A stretch of 62,841 nt of DNA, filler included, from Octopus bimaculoides (Eukaryota), in NCBI RefSeq assembly GCF_001194135.2. It is 6 parts of 6 records of this genome, joined end to end, with 100 filler letters (N's around TTAATTAATTAA, not from the genome) between each part and the next. Parts side by side here need not be neighbours in the genome. Positions count along the whole stretch, not along the records: positions 1 to 17,348 come from NC_069003.1; positions 17,449 to 24,658 come from NC_068999.1; positions 24,759 to 48,241 come from NC_068982.1; 3 more parts are not named here. One strand, written 5' to 3'. How positions within the stretch are numbered: the first letter of the stretch is position 1; every line of letters starts with the position of its first letter. The position numbers and the translations under genes are program-made. Below the pieces are notes generated by a model that saw only the letters and a program-made list of their open reading frames with translations, searched no databases and had not been told where the DNA came from. Shown in pieces: positions 11,795 to 25,007 of the stretch.

Positions 11795-12050
11795 ATATCA
11801 TCTTTCTATCTTTCACTTGTTTCAGTCATTAGACTGTGCCCCATGCTGGGGCACCACCTTGAAGAATTCTTGGTTAAAGGAATCAACCCAAGTATACTTT
11901 TTTTTTTTTACAAAGCCCGGTGCTTATTCTATTGATCTCTCTTGCCAAAGCACAGAGTTATGAGGAAGTAAACGCACCAGCACCAGTTGTCAACTAGTGC
12001 TGGGGGACAAACACCGACAGAAACACACAGACACACACACACACATATAA
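11795..12050 (-). mobile_element. SINE family A, 3' part
   Basis: ttcacttgtttcagtcattagactgtg...cttattctattgatctct...gggacaaacac, reverse complement of the family A tail. Confidence 0.8.
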
Positions 12051-12567
12051 ACGGCAATTTCCTGTTACCATCTTAGTGCCTAAACCAGCAAACCAATATT
12101 CACGAAACTTTGCGTATATGTTACACTTACATCCAGTTCAATAATAGGCTAATTCATTAAAAATCTATAATGTGCCCCCAGAGGCGTTGGGCAAATTATA
12201 TGATAAAATGAAGTTGCAAAAAGTATTAGTCTGAGGGAAAGGTAGTAACAGAGAGAGGGTAACTTATATCAGTGGAGGTGAGAACAACGGTAGCAATAGG
12301 ATGATAAGGTTACTACAGCTGTCATATACATGTAATGCTGCATACATACTTTCGTAAATACATAGATACAACACATATACACACACACATACAGAAAGTG
12401 GGGAGGTGAGGAATACATAGCTTTAAGGAGAGAGGGGATACATAGCTTTTCTGCTGTGTATATGTGCATGTATACAATGGGGCTATAAGGAAATGACAGA
12501 AATGATAAATGTAGTAGTAATCACAATTATGACAATGTCACTAGAGACACTAGAAACAGCTACAAAC

Positions 12568-12718
12568 ATCATCATCATCTTCATTTAACGTTCATGTTCC
12601 ATGCTGGTATGGGTTGAGCTAGTTGGGAGGATCTGATTGGCTCAAGAACTACATCGTGCTCCAGTGTCTACTTTGGCATATTTCATACAGCTGGATGCCC
12701 TTCTTAGCACCAACCACT
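12568..12718 (-). mobile_element. SINE family D tail (Nin/Deu-like motif plus (GAT)n tail)
   Basis: cagctggatgcccttc...caaccact and catcatcatcat tail; other copies near 28478-28770, 29695-29860, 44550-44725. Confidence 0.75.
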
Positions 12719-13499
12719 TAGAGCAGCAACAATGATGCAAAACCAGATTTCTTTACATTGCAAAGCAGTGTCGAATGGTGAAAAATGATCCGTGCATCGA
12801 GGGATAGCAGCCAATCCCGCAGGCGGATGGATTCACCCCCTGGACGCGTGGTCCTGTCCACGAATGTCGGGACCCTACTTGATCCTCTGTTCGGTCGCTC
12901 GGAGCCTCGTAGAAAATCGGCGGTGGCGCTGCCCACTATAAAAACCAGAGCATCCCGATGAGCGCAACGATTCGGGGTGAGTGGCCCCGTCCACTATAAT
13001 ACACCGGCGTCTTAAATGTGAGAATCACAGCAGTAATAATGCCGACAATGATAATGAATATTTATGAATTCAGATCAAGGTGGAACATTAACTGTTCATT
13101 CAGATGTTCAGGAATATGTAGATGAGGTAATTATCATAATTAGTCAAATACAAAACTGGTTCTCTTAGTTGCTCTCCATTGCTCTCATTTGCANNNNNNN
13201 NNNNNNNNNNNNNNNNNNNNNNNNNNNNNNNNNNNNNNNNNNNNNNNNNNNNNNNNNNNNNNNNNNNNNNNNNNNNNNNNNNNNNNNNNNNNNNNNNNNN
13301 NNNNNNNNNNNNNNNNNNNNNNNNNNNNNNNNNNNNNNNNNNNNNNNNNNNNNNNNNNNNNNNNNNNNNNNNNNNNNNNNNNNNNNNNNNNNNNNNNNNN
13401 NNNNNNNNNNNNNNNNNNNNNNNNNNNNNNNNNNNNNNNNNNNNNNNNNNNNNNNNNNNNNNNNNNNNNNNNNNNNNNNNNNNNNNNNNNNNNNNNNNN

Positions 13500-13553
<54 letters not shown>

Positions 13554-14358
13554 CACACTCACACACATACAAACATATATCCATATATGTATACGCACAT
13601 ACATGAATAAATACATACACATGTATACACACACATGTATATATATATATGTGTGTGTGTATAAGAAGGGATGACCACTAAGTGGACATCCGATATGCTA
13701 GAAAGAGATCATCCACGACCCAACCACAAAGAATATAATGTTCTTTATTTTGTATATTTTCACTTGTCTTGCCTGCTTATGTTCTGGTATTTGCTGAATT
13801 TTAAGCAGACTTTAAACGACGATGATGAGATATATCTATATATATATATGGGGTATGCAGGTATTTTGAAAATACCTAATGGAGTAATGACCATTCCCTG
13901 CCATAGTTAGGGGTTGCCCTTTAGCAAGGCACAGCACCCTTTCAGCCACCCTGCCAGAGATTCACCGAATGTCATGGGATTGCAGCATGGCAGAGTGTGA
14001 AGAGGTAGCAGAAGAGTTCAACTGAGATAACAGTGCTTCTTACATTGATGCTGAGCAGAGAAATCCTAGACGATCAATGGTCAGGATCACCAACCTCTAT
14101 CAAGAGAGGGGTAGCATCCATGGTTGTGTAATCAGCTAATGAAAGATTCACTATGAGCCAAGCTCCCAATTCAAATTCATTATAATGGAATTGGATGGCG
14201 ACAGAGTCATGGAAATCCATGAAAGCAGCAAAAAAAAAAAGATTATCATCATGAAGATCACCGGGGGACCACTTTAGATACTTTCATAGTCAGCTGTTGC
14301 CACTGGTCTCTGTTCTCTGTCATGTATAGCAGGTTTGCTGTGTTATGACTTGTCCAGT

Positions 14359-15080
14359 GTGGAGGCGCAATAGCCCAGTGGTTAGGGCAGCGGACTCGTG
14401 GTGATAGGATCGCGGTTTTGATTCCCAGACCGGGCATTGTGAGTGTTTATTGAGCAAAAGCTCCACGAGGCTCCGGCAGGGGTTGGTGGTGAACCCTGCT
14501 GTACTCTTCCACCACAACTTTCTCTCACTCTTACTTTCTGTTTCTGTTGTGCCTGTAATTCAAAGGGTCAGCCTTGTCACACTGTGTCACGCTGAATATC
14601 CCCAAGAACTACGTTAAGGCTACACGTGTCTGTGNNNNNNNNNNTCTGTTCTCTGTCATGTATAGCAGGTTTGCTGTGTTATGACTTGTCCAGTGTGGAG
14701 GCGCAATAGCCCAGTGGTTAGGGCAGCGGACTCGTGGTGATAGGATCGCGGTTTTGATTCCCAGACCGGGCATTGTGAGTGTTTATTGAGCAAAAGCTCC
14801 ACGAGGCTCCGGCAGGGGTTGGTGGTGAACCCTGCTGTACTCTTCCACCACAACTTTCTCTCACTCTTACTTTCTGTTTCTGTTGTGCCTGTAATTCAAA
14901 GGGTCAGCCTTGTCACACTGTGTCACGCTGAATATCCCCAAGAACTACGTTAAGGCTACACGTGTCTGTGGAGTGCTCAGCCACTTGCACATTAATTTCA
15001 CGAGCAGGCTGTTCCGTTGATCGGATCAACTGGAACCCTCGTCGTCGTAAGCGACAGAGTGCCAACAACAACAACAACAA
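14359..15080 (+). mobile_element. tRNA-derived SINE (family B), shown twice because of an unmerged contig overlap at 14635-14644
   Basis: 14305-14634 is identical to 14645-14974 across a 10-N gap. Confidence 0.88.
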
Positions 15081-15092
15081 CGACTTGTCCAG

Positions 15093-15350
15093 TCCTTCAT
15101 GTTGTCAAACAAGGATTTTCTCTTATGCCCCACCTCAGCTGTGCCCTGAAGAAATTTTTTGAACAGGAAGTTGTGACAGGATACATGACCGTACCAGACA
15201 AGCTTTCGTCTTTTTATCTGTGCAATAAATGGCTCCTTTCTGCCAGCATATTTGTTAACTTACTGCCTGACAAAGCTGATTGCTTTGTGCAGAAGATGTG
15301 TAATAGCCTTCTGAAACACCTGTGCCCAAATGCCTAGACTCTTTACTCCA
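15093..15350 (-). mobile_element. RTE-clade LINE, C-terminal RT fragment
   Basis: KRRKLVWYGHVSCHNFLFKKFLQGTAEVGHKRKSLFDNMKDWT resembles the RTE motif KRRKLKWFGHV.R...ILQG..EG.R.RGR..K.W.DNIKEWT. Confidence 0.85.
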
Positions 15351-15570
15351 TATCAGGTGTAAGAGTCCAGCTCCCACACCCACATAGATGGATCAATCGA
15401 TAAAGGAAAGAAAATTATGTCATGAACTTGCATGTTATTTCTACTGTAAGATGATATACAAGCATTCACCTCATAGCTGAATGCTTGTATATCGACCTAT
15501 AGCTTTGTCAGAGATTCAAACATGCAATGCAATTGTATTTGAGAAAGCATTTACATTTATCTATATATAT

Positions 15571-15730
15571 GGTGCAGGTGTTGCTGTGTGGTAAGTAACT
15601 TGCTTACCAACCACATGGTTCTGGGTTCAGTCCCAATGCATGGCACCTTAGGCAAGTGTCTTCTACTATAGCCTTGGGCCAACCAAAGCCTTGTGAGTGG
15701 ATTTGCTAGACAGAAATTGAAAGACGCCTG

Positions 15731-15731
<1 letters not shown>
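15571..15731 (+). mobile_element. tRNA-derived SINE (family A), 5' half
   Basis: ggtgcaggtgttgctgtgtggtaagtaac...gggttcagtccc...caccttaggcaagtg. Confidence 0.88.
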
Positions 15732-15782
<51 letters not shown>

Positions 15783-17392
15783 NNNNNNNNNNNNNNNNNN
15801 NNNNNNNNNNNNNNNNNNNNNNNNNNNNNNNNNNNNNNNNNNNNNNNNNNNNNNNNNNNNNNNNNNNNNNNNNNNNNNNNNNNNNNNNNNNNNNNNNNNN
15901 NNNNNNNNNNNNNNNNNNNNNNNNNNNNNNNNNNNNNNNNNNNNNNNNNNNNNNNNNNNNNNNNNNNNNNNNNNNNNNNNNNNNNNNNNNNNNNNNNNNN
16001 NNNNNNNNNNNNNNNNNNNNNNNNNNNNNNNNNNNNNNNNNNNNNNNNNNNNNNNNNNNNNNNNNNNNNNNNNNNNNNNNNNNNNNNNNNNNNNNNNNNN
16101 NNNNNNNNNNNNNNNNNNNNNNNNNNNNNNNNNNNNNNNNNNNNNNNNNNNNNNNNNNNNNNNNNNNNNNNNNNNNNNNNNNNNNNNNNNNNNNNNNNNN
16201 NNNNNNNNNNNNNNNNNNNNNNNNNNNNNNNNNNNNNNNNNNNNNNNNNNNNNNNNNNNNNNNNNNNNNNNNNNNNNNNNNNNNNNNNNNNNNNNNNNNN
16301 NNNNNNNNNNNNNNNNNNNNNNNNNNNNNNNNNNNNNNNNNNNNNNNNNNNNNNNNNNNNNNNNNNNNNNNNNNNNNNNNNNNNNNNNNNNNNNNNNNNN
16401 NNNNNNNNNNNNNNNNNNNNNNNNNNNNNNNNNNNNNNNNNNNNNNNNNNNNNNNNNNNNNNNNNNNNNNNNNNNNNNNNNNNNNNNNNNNNNNNNNNNN
16501 NNNNNNNNNNNNNNNNNNNNNNNNNNNNNNNNNNNNNNNNNNNNNNNNNNNNNNNNNNNNNNNNNNNNNNNNNNNNNNNNNNNNNNNNNNNNNNNNNNNN
16601 NNNNNNNNNNNNNNNNNNNNNNNNNNNNNNNNNNNNNNNNNNNNNNNNNNNNNNNNNNNNNNNNNNNNNNNNNNNNNNNNNNNNNNNNNNNNNNNNNNNN
16701 NNNNNNNNNNNNNNNNNNTAGAAAGGAAGAACGAGAGGGGTAAAGCGAGATACGTAGTAGTAGAGAGGAAGAACGAGAGGGGGAAAAAAGATAGAGGAAG
16801 AGAAAGAGAAAGAGATAGAGTAGCGTCGGAAGATATAAGTTTACGAAAACTACTTACAATTGGAGACGCTGCGTTCAAGTCATGTAAAAACAAATAGTAA
16901 ATGAGTATATGCATATATGAGCACTTTTGATTATCTTTTCAATCACGTGTTCTTGAATATATATATATATATATATGTACATATACATGTATACACACGC
17001 ACATATGTGAGGGCACATGGCCTAGTGGTTAGGCTGTTGCACTCATGATCATTAGATTGTGAGTTCAATTCCTAGACCGTGTGGTGCATTGTGTTTTTGA
17101 ACAAAACACTTCATCTCACATTGTTCTGCGATCACTTCAGAAACACCTGATGCATGGTACACAGTGCACCTGTTCAGGTAAAATCAATTTGATGGAAGGA
17201 ATGAGCACATAAATTTAATCACTACAAATAAGTTATTTATGCAGGTTGTTTGGCGAAAGCTGAACGGCCATATGTCGTCTTCGATTGTAGAGTCCACCAC
17301 ATATCTATCTATCTATCTATCTATATATATATATATGTGGTGGACTCTNNNNNNNNNNNNNNNNNNNNNNNNNNNNNNNNNNNNNNNNNNNN

Positions 17393-17404
17393 TTAATTAA
17401 TTAA
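17393..17404. other. Synthetic scaffold spacer TTAATTAATTAA (also 24703-24714, 48286-48297, 54998-55009, 60770-60781)
   Basis: Same 12-mer, giving stops in all six frames, centred in about 100-bp N blocks five times. Confidence 0.92.
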
Positions 17405-17448
17405 NNNNNNNNNNNNNNNNNNNNNNNNNNNNNNNNNNNNNNNNNNNN

Positions 17449-17790
17449 ACACGCGCAGGTGTGGCTGCGTGGTATGTAGCTTGCATAAGAACCACATGGT
17501 TCTGGGTCCAGTCCCATTGCGGAGCACCTTGTACCGACCAGAGCCTTGTGAGTGGATTTGGTAGACGGAAACTGAAAAGAAGCCCGTCGTATATATGTAT
17601 GTACATATATGTGTGTGTTTGTGTGTCTCTGTTTGTCCCCCCAACATCACTTGACAGTCGATGCTGGTATTTTTATGTTCCCGTAACTTAATAAGTCCTG
17701 GGGTCGTTTTGCTCGACTAAAAGGCGGTGCTGCAGCATGGCCGCAGTCAGATGCCTCAAACAAGTAAAAGAGTAAAGAGTAAAAGAGTAT
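17449..17790 (+). mobile_element. tRNA-derived SINE (family A)
   Basis: Head, CORE-like region and tail ending gagtaaagagtaaaagagta. Confidence 0.88.
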
Positions 17791-20596
17791 TTTCTCTACG
17801 TGCATATCTCCCTTGCTTTCATCCTCTTGAACATCAATATCACAGGTATTTTCTGGTTCATCTATTGGTTCCATTTCTTTTTTCTCTGTATCTACCCCTC
17901 TCCATGTTCCTCTTTATCAATGCAAATGGTATTCAAAGTTATGTATACACTTCGGTAACTCCGACGTTTGTAAAATACACCATTCATAATGATAGATAAA
18001 ACAGATGCTATTCTATGTGCGACTACAACATTGTAACAGAGAAAGAGGTGCCAGGCATATTTGGAACGCTGGTATCCAAAACCCTCCTCGGGCAGAGATA
18101 AATATGAAGTTAGAAATACATACATATGTGAAAATGACAGAAATATATTAGACATAAAAAAATATTTACTTCCTAAAACGAAGTATAAGGTACAAACTTA
18201 TATACTAAAGTACAAAAAATAGAATATGGCACAATCACAACAGGAATACATATCAGTTGATTTTTTTTAGATCAAATTCAAGCGGATGTTACATATCAAA
18301 ATTATAAACAGCGTATGTTTATCCTGTAAACTTTGTTCTGTTTTGTATTGCGGTTAAGCAAATGCGGCAAAGTACTGCCAATTACGATGCCTTAATCATG
18401 AATAAAGCGAGGTAGTGTTGGTGTGGTAGCGCAATCTACTATAAACAGAAGCAAATATGTTCGAAATATCGTGTCAACGCCATAAAAAAGGAAAACGCCC
18501 ATTGCGTCGTGTATATGGAAATAAAGGGTTGCCAGGACTTTATTATAATCAATCATATAAAATATGTTATATATTTTTTTTTTAATGTTTGTGTAAACAA
18601 AAACTTCGCGGGGTGATAATTAAAAGAAAAATTGAGGTCAATTGAGAAAAAATGTATTTTAATTTATTTTCTTTGTTTTACAAATATAAATATCTATGAA
18701 TATCAACTAAACAATTACTTATATTCAATAACATTTTAGACCATTATTGTATCTAGAATCTCGGAATGTAACTACACTATCGCAGAAACAGAAGGAAAAC
18801 AACAAAAGGAAAGGAGAAATAAAATAGAAACGTTGAAATAAAATTATTAAAAAAATGAATAATTTAATGAATGAATATCCGTAAAATATGAAAAATATAT
18901 ATTTTACCCGTATAAGAAAAAAATAATAGCCCATTTTAAATTGCATCGAATATTTTGAGACATTATTCCCTATAACTTTACATTGTCTTCAGAATTGTTA
19001 CAGTTTAATGAGAATTTCTTTGAATATATATTATTTCTCTTGTGTTTCTCGTTCTCTACTTAGGTTCAACCGATAAATGAACATAAATTTGACAGTTATT
19101 TAAAGGAACAATATTTGTTTATATTTCTGTAATTATTTCCATACTTGCTGTTATATTGTCCATGACATTTACTTACTTTCTATTTTCAAATGTAAAGCAA
19201 TTTGTCTGTAAATCTTTGCATATTGCTCATTTAAATTTCATATATTTGTATCGCCCATAGTTTTGAAGGACATTTTGTGAGAAATCTATTTAAAATATCA
19301 GTATACATGGAACGATATCATGCTGCAGTCTTATGCATCTCCGAAAGTACTCTATTTCTGTTTCACTATTTCTGTCAACAGGATTATAGATACCTGTGTG
19401 TATAGAAACATACATACTTGTGTAGGCGCAGACACCCAATTGTGGACACAGACACACACATATGAAGATACAGATACACATCATACACAGACAAGCATGC
19501 ATACAATCTTGTAAGTATGACTAAATATACACGCATATACACATACCACAATCATTCATTGTATTACAATAATACCAATGTGTTTCTCTTTTTATAGACT
19601 ATATACAAACAGAAGAAAACTAGGAATAAAAGGTTTGAATGCATGTGAACATGCACACAAACACACATACATACACACACACACATATATATGAACACAC
19701 ACACATATATATAAGTATGTATGTATGCATGTATATACGTTTATATCATGTACTGACATCTCACGCTCGTTTATATGATATTCTTATTTTTTATAAGTAT
19801 AAAATATATATTTCACATTTATGGGGATGTGTTCAAACCTCTGCTTGGTTGGTCAGTGTATGTGTACTAGCTATTGAAAGAAATGGGATATTCGTCGTTT
19901 CAACGATATCAAATAACACACATAAATTCGAACACCCTATATATGTATCTATGTATGCATGCATTTCATGTATGTTGGTAAATATTATATTATATGATAT
20001 GTATATATATGTATATGTATATATATATGTGTGTGTGTGTGTATGTGTGTGTGTGCGTGTGTGTGTGTGCGTGTGTGTGTGAGTGTGTGTGTGTATGTGT
20101 GTGTATGCGTATGTATGCACTCACATATAGATATATGTATCTGTCTAAGTATATGTATATTTCTCTTAAACGTGATTGTGTTTGTTTGTGTGTATATATT
20201 TTACAAATGATATTAAGTTTATAGTCCTGGATTAAACTCTGAGATGGAATGATTAGATTGTCATATATCGTAGCTATATACACCTGGTAGACAGGTGAAT
20301 AATATTGATAGAATAGAAATGAAGGGCAAAGATATATATCTATATGCGTTACTAGAGACGCATAAATGTGAGAAATATGAAAACATGAATAGAAGAAAAA
20401 ACCGGCAAATATTTAGGTGATCAATAAGTGGTCAACGAATATATAAATGTAGTGCACCGACAAATTTATAAAGAACAGTTTTTCTAGAAAGAAATGTGTA
20501 GAAACCTTCCACGTATTAATTTTAATCCATCTTACAACTGTATTGATTATTTCCAAGTGAAATAACATATGACTATTAAAATAACCCTTCAAACGT

Positions 20597-21412
20597 AACT
20601 ACTAGCGACGGCTCATAGAAATGGACAAATATTGGAAACATCGTGTTATCAAGTACCTACGAAAAGTGAGGTTATTACTCAAGGACTTTTATGCTGACTT
20701 GAGTGGTAATGTACAGGATGACTCTCCAACGTCAACAGTGCAGCGGTGGCTCGCTGAATTTATAAAGGAAGAGAGTGGCTTGCCGATGCACCAAGACCTG
20801 GACTTCCTGCAGCTGCTGCCATAAAAATAACGTTTATCATGATCACCACATGGTGATAAATGACAGGTGATTGGATATTACCATATCCCGTGAGAGATTT
20901 TAGAATATTTTGCACAATGAAAATGACATGAGGAAAATTTCTTCTCACTGGGTACCGTGTCTTCTGATACCTGATCAAAAGCGGTCCATGGAAATCACGT
21001 CGTGGGACACACATCATCCAAAAGTGTGAGGTAGTTACGAAAGGCTACCACGACCAAACGCTCAAGAAAATTTATCAAAATGGTCTTGTTTCATCAAAGA
21101 AAATGCCCCAGTACAAATGTCCTTCGTTTCAAACACAAATACCCTTGCTGTGTATGGCTCTCGGATTTGAACTGGTTGATTACCTACCGTATACTTCCGA
21201 TTTATTCCATCTAACATCTGTTCTTGAACATATAATGGGGACATCATATCTGCTGCTGATGACTATTTTTGCCAATTGGATCCAAGCACTCAATCACTGA
21301 TGACAAAAGTGTGTTGACCACCAGGAGGAATATGTTGAAAGATGAAACTCATTTGTTCAGATTTCCTCAGATTACACTGGTTAGCCTATGACCTTTTCAG
21401 CCAAACCTTGTA
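20597..21412 (+). mobile_element. Mariner transposon remnant (second family), internally deleted
   Basis: MDKYWKHRVIKYL...TVQRWLAEF, HWVPCLL (WVPRLL-like), GFELVDYLPYTSDL (HPPYSPDL-like), KCVDHQEEYVER*; right TIR-like ttttcagccaaaccttgta. Confidence 0.85.
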
Positions 21413-22923
21413 TAAAGACGTTAATAACTAAATGTGGGGCGAAGAACAATGACTCTAAATCAATATAAAATAAACAAGTATGGTAACTCTATGAGTTGCA
21501 TATATGCTACGCATCCCATCGCTTCAAAAACCGATTATGTGTTAAGTATGTATATATATATGGAGAGAGAAAGAAACGCATGACATAGGTGCGTTACATT
21601 ATTTCATCAGGAACTTATGAAGTTAATCATTCTTTCTATAACATTTTGCCAAGTAAAAGAAACTAATGTCGACAAAATATTTTCAAGATAGCAAAACACA
21701 TATTACCAACGCTGCTAGATTGGTTTCGGTACAGGTTAGATTGAAACTGTATATTTCAAAGTGCGGCTTCTGGAAAATAAAATAACCAAATTTGATTAAT
21801 TTACAATATGTAACTCTCAATATATTAGTATGAAACGTGAATGCTGCGAGAAGCAATAGGGAATAATCGCACTAAACCTTGGTCAAATAACTTGCAAAAA
21901 GTATTTATGTGGTCATTTGCTCTGTTATCTGACATACTGCCTATCATATTCTCGAGTAAATAAAAGCGCAGATTGATATATATTTATAGATACAAACTGT
22001 TAACAAGAACCCAAAGAGATCCATATTGCTTAGGAGTAACACGGAGAAATACTTTTAATACAATGTAAGTATATTGCAGCATTTTACGAGGTTCGTTTCT
22101 AATCCAGTGTAGACTTCTTCCAACAAACTTTGGAAATTTGTACTCACTTATTATAAGCTATAAAGTTGAATAGGCAATTGGGAACTATTGGAAAATGGTA
22201 GTGAAAAATGGTGCAGAAAAATGTTTCTGCAAGTGAATATATTTATATATATTCATGTGTCCTTGTCTGTGTGTGCGTGTGTCTGTGTGTGTGTGTGTGT
22301 GCGTTTTGATGAGATCAAGACATATGGTTTGTGTGTGTGATGATGAAACCAAGAGAGACAGGTATTTTGTGTGTCTGCGTGATTGCCTGCATATCAGTGC
22401 ATACAGACACATGCACGCACACATACCCCGCGTATATGTAGATATAAACAAAGACGCCGAACTGCGTGTGCACCTACTTGTGTGTCATTCAATATTTTGA
22501 ATGTATGCAGTTCACAGCTCGGCTGCTCATATTACAGTCGTTTTTCTCAAAAGGTAAACTAGCTCCTCGATATTTGCTGATGTATGTCGTACTCATGCAA
22601 TTGAAGTATACATAGAGATCAATCGTAGTATAAAACATAAAATAAGGAATAGAAAAACACAAAACTCTTTTCATATATTTTTAAGTGTCAATATCTCTAT
22701 TGAACTCCCAAATATTAAACTCCAGTAAAAAAGAATGATGCCAACATTTTGCCGCAAATGATTCGGGAGCAACCATGTGGTCAGTTGCCCTAATAAGGCA
22801 ATCACAGGAATTACAGTATCACTGGCTATATTGTCTGAAGAATAAAGCAGAATGTAAGCTTTGTTTATATGAATATACATACATACGTACATACATACAT
22901 ACATACATACTTGCATGCATACA

Positions 22924-22959
<36 letters not shown>

Positions 22960-25007
22960 TATATATATCGACAGATAAATATATATATATTTATGTGTGT
23001 GTATGTACGTACATACACTCATACCTATATATAAGAGTATGTGTGCGTGCTGTGTATGCATATATGTATAAACTCACACACACAACATATATNNNNNNNN
23101 NNNNNNNNNNNNNNNNNNNNNNNNNNNNNNNNNNNNNNNNNNNNNNNNNNNNNNNNNNNNNNNNNNNNNNNNNNNNNNNNNNNNNNNNNNNNNNNNNNNN
23201 NNNNNNNNNNNNNNNNNNNNNNNNNNNNNNNNNNNNNNNNNNNNNNNNNNNNNNNNNNNNNNNNNNNNNNNNNNNNNNNNNNNATATATATATATATGAA
23301 TGCATTAAAAAATGAATCCACAACTGGCGACAACAATTAAACCGGGAAATGCTATTTAATCACAGTATTCTTCAGATAGGTGTAATAGGTTAAATTATCT
23401 TACTGATTAGAATACGATCATTACATTTTATTCACATTTTCAAACTCACATCCGTAAATATTTTCTAGCCTTTAGTAGAAGGTACTTGCCCAATGTGACA
23501 CGCAGTGAGACTGAACCCACAACCATGTGTTTGGGAAGCAAGTTTCTTACCAAACAGCCAAACCTGCGCCTGAGTTTGAAAAAAAATGTCTGGGCATAAA
23601 ACATGAATACAGTAGCCTGGAATGTTACACATCAATATATAATAAACATTTTTACAAATAACAAGCAGTCTGAATACGGTCTAGTGCATTAGCAAAGATA
23701 AGGAGATGGTACAGTTTGATTAACTATCGGTAGGGAATTATTCGGCTCCATTGATCTAGCTTATGAGGTTTGTTACTGTACATACACTAATTAAATTTGG
23801 GGTATAATTACCATATCGGAATGATTTGTATTTGAGGTGCTTAAATCTTATAATCCCTTCATAGCGTTGATTAAAAATATTCAATATGATTTTATGAATA
23901 TGGTACACCACGGATATACGAAAAACCGCCACCTTTATATGATTTTGCATTATATACTGGGGACCAGGCAGGTTTATATTCAGAGCTTCTATCAATGGGT
24001 GATGGTACAAATTGAGCTACGAACGTACTATTAACCTTATACTTATGTCTGAATGTAGATTTGTGACTATTATAGGGACGGTTTATGAGGAAGCGAAAGG
24101 CACTAAAATAAAATTGTTCTGAACAGTATCTCAGCACTTACACACAATATCTTTCTCCAGGCAATGTTCATTTACAGAATATTGATTTATAATTCTTCTA
24201 GATAAAGAAAAAAACAGTTTGATTATTGGTAAGTGTGATGCATTTTAGATCAATTATCATTAATAATTGTATAAATGATGATTACTCTGTATGTAGGTAT
24301 GCATGTATGTGTTTGTATGTATGTATATTTTTTATGTTTATATGTGTATATGATGTGGGTAAGTATGTATGTATGTAGGTACGTATATATGTATATGCCT
24401 TGATTTTATGGAGGGGCAATATGTCTACAAAATATTTAATCTGAGCAACAAGTTGACGAGTGTCACATGAACCATAATGTTCTAAAGATATACAATTATA
24501 GTGTGTATATGACCGGAAAATTCAATAAACTTGACAGCGTAGAGATTGGAAGCGTCTCAGTATCTGCGGCAAACATACCCAAGGAAAAACAAAATGAAAA
24601 CAAGTGAAAATAATTCTTGAGCAACCTTAGTCGTAAATACCATCTCACAATGAAATTTNNNNNNNNNNNNNNNNNNNNNNNNNNNNNNNNNNNNNNNNNN
24701 NNTTAATTAATTAANNNNNNNNNNNNNNNNNNNNNNNNNNNNNNNNNNNNNNNNNNNNTATATGTATATGAGAGAATAGACAAGTGAAAAAAAAGGGAAC
24801 TCAACACATTTAGTAGGAGTTACATGTATTATTTAAAGTAGTTTGATTTGGTTCTGTGGGACTTCAAGTTTTGCAGGCCCCCTAATGAGAACCTGACTCC
24901 TTCAGGCTTCTGGAATGACCAAATGGAGAGGAGTTGGTTTCCCGTTTGAGACCTGAAAAACTTGAAGCAACATGGAACAGACTGTTTTAAATAATATTAT
25001 GCAAGAG

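Noticed and set aside
14305-14974. Apparent 330-bp perfect tandem duplication with twin ORFs; similar cases at 10430-10565 and 43494-43620
   Set aside because: Identical sequence on both sides of a 10-N gap indicates unmerged contig overlaps.
7130-16914. Long ORFs of 140-410 aa containing X runs
   Set aside because: They read through N gaps.
17790-18160. Acidic minus-strand peptide MEPIDEPENTCDIDVQEDESKGD as a host exon
   Set aside because: Preceded by in-frame stops, runs into a SINE tail, and has no clear splice sites; left unassigned.
24221-24248. 27-nt plus-strand microexon candidate (DKEKNSLII)
   Set aside because: Too short to support, and its phase does not fit the neighbouring candidate at 21990-22064.
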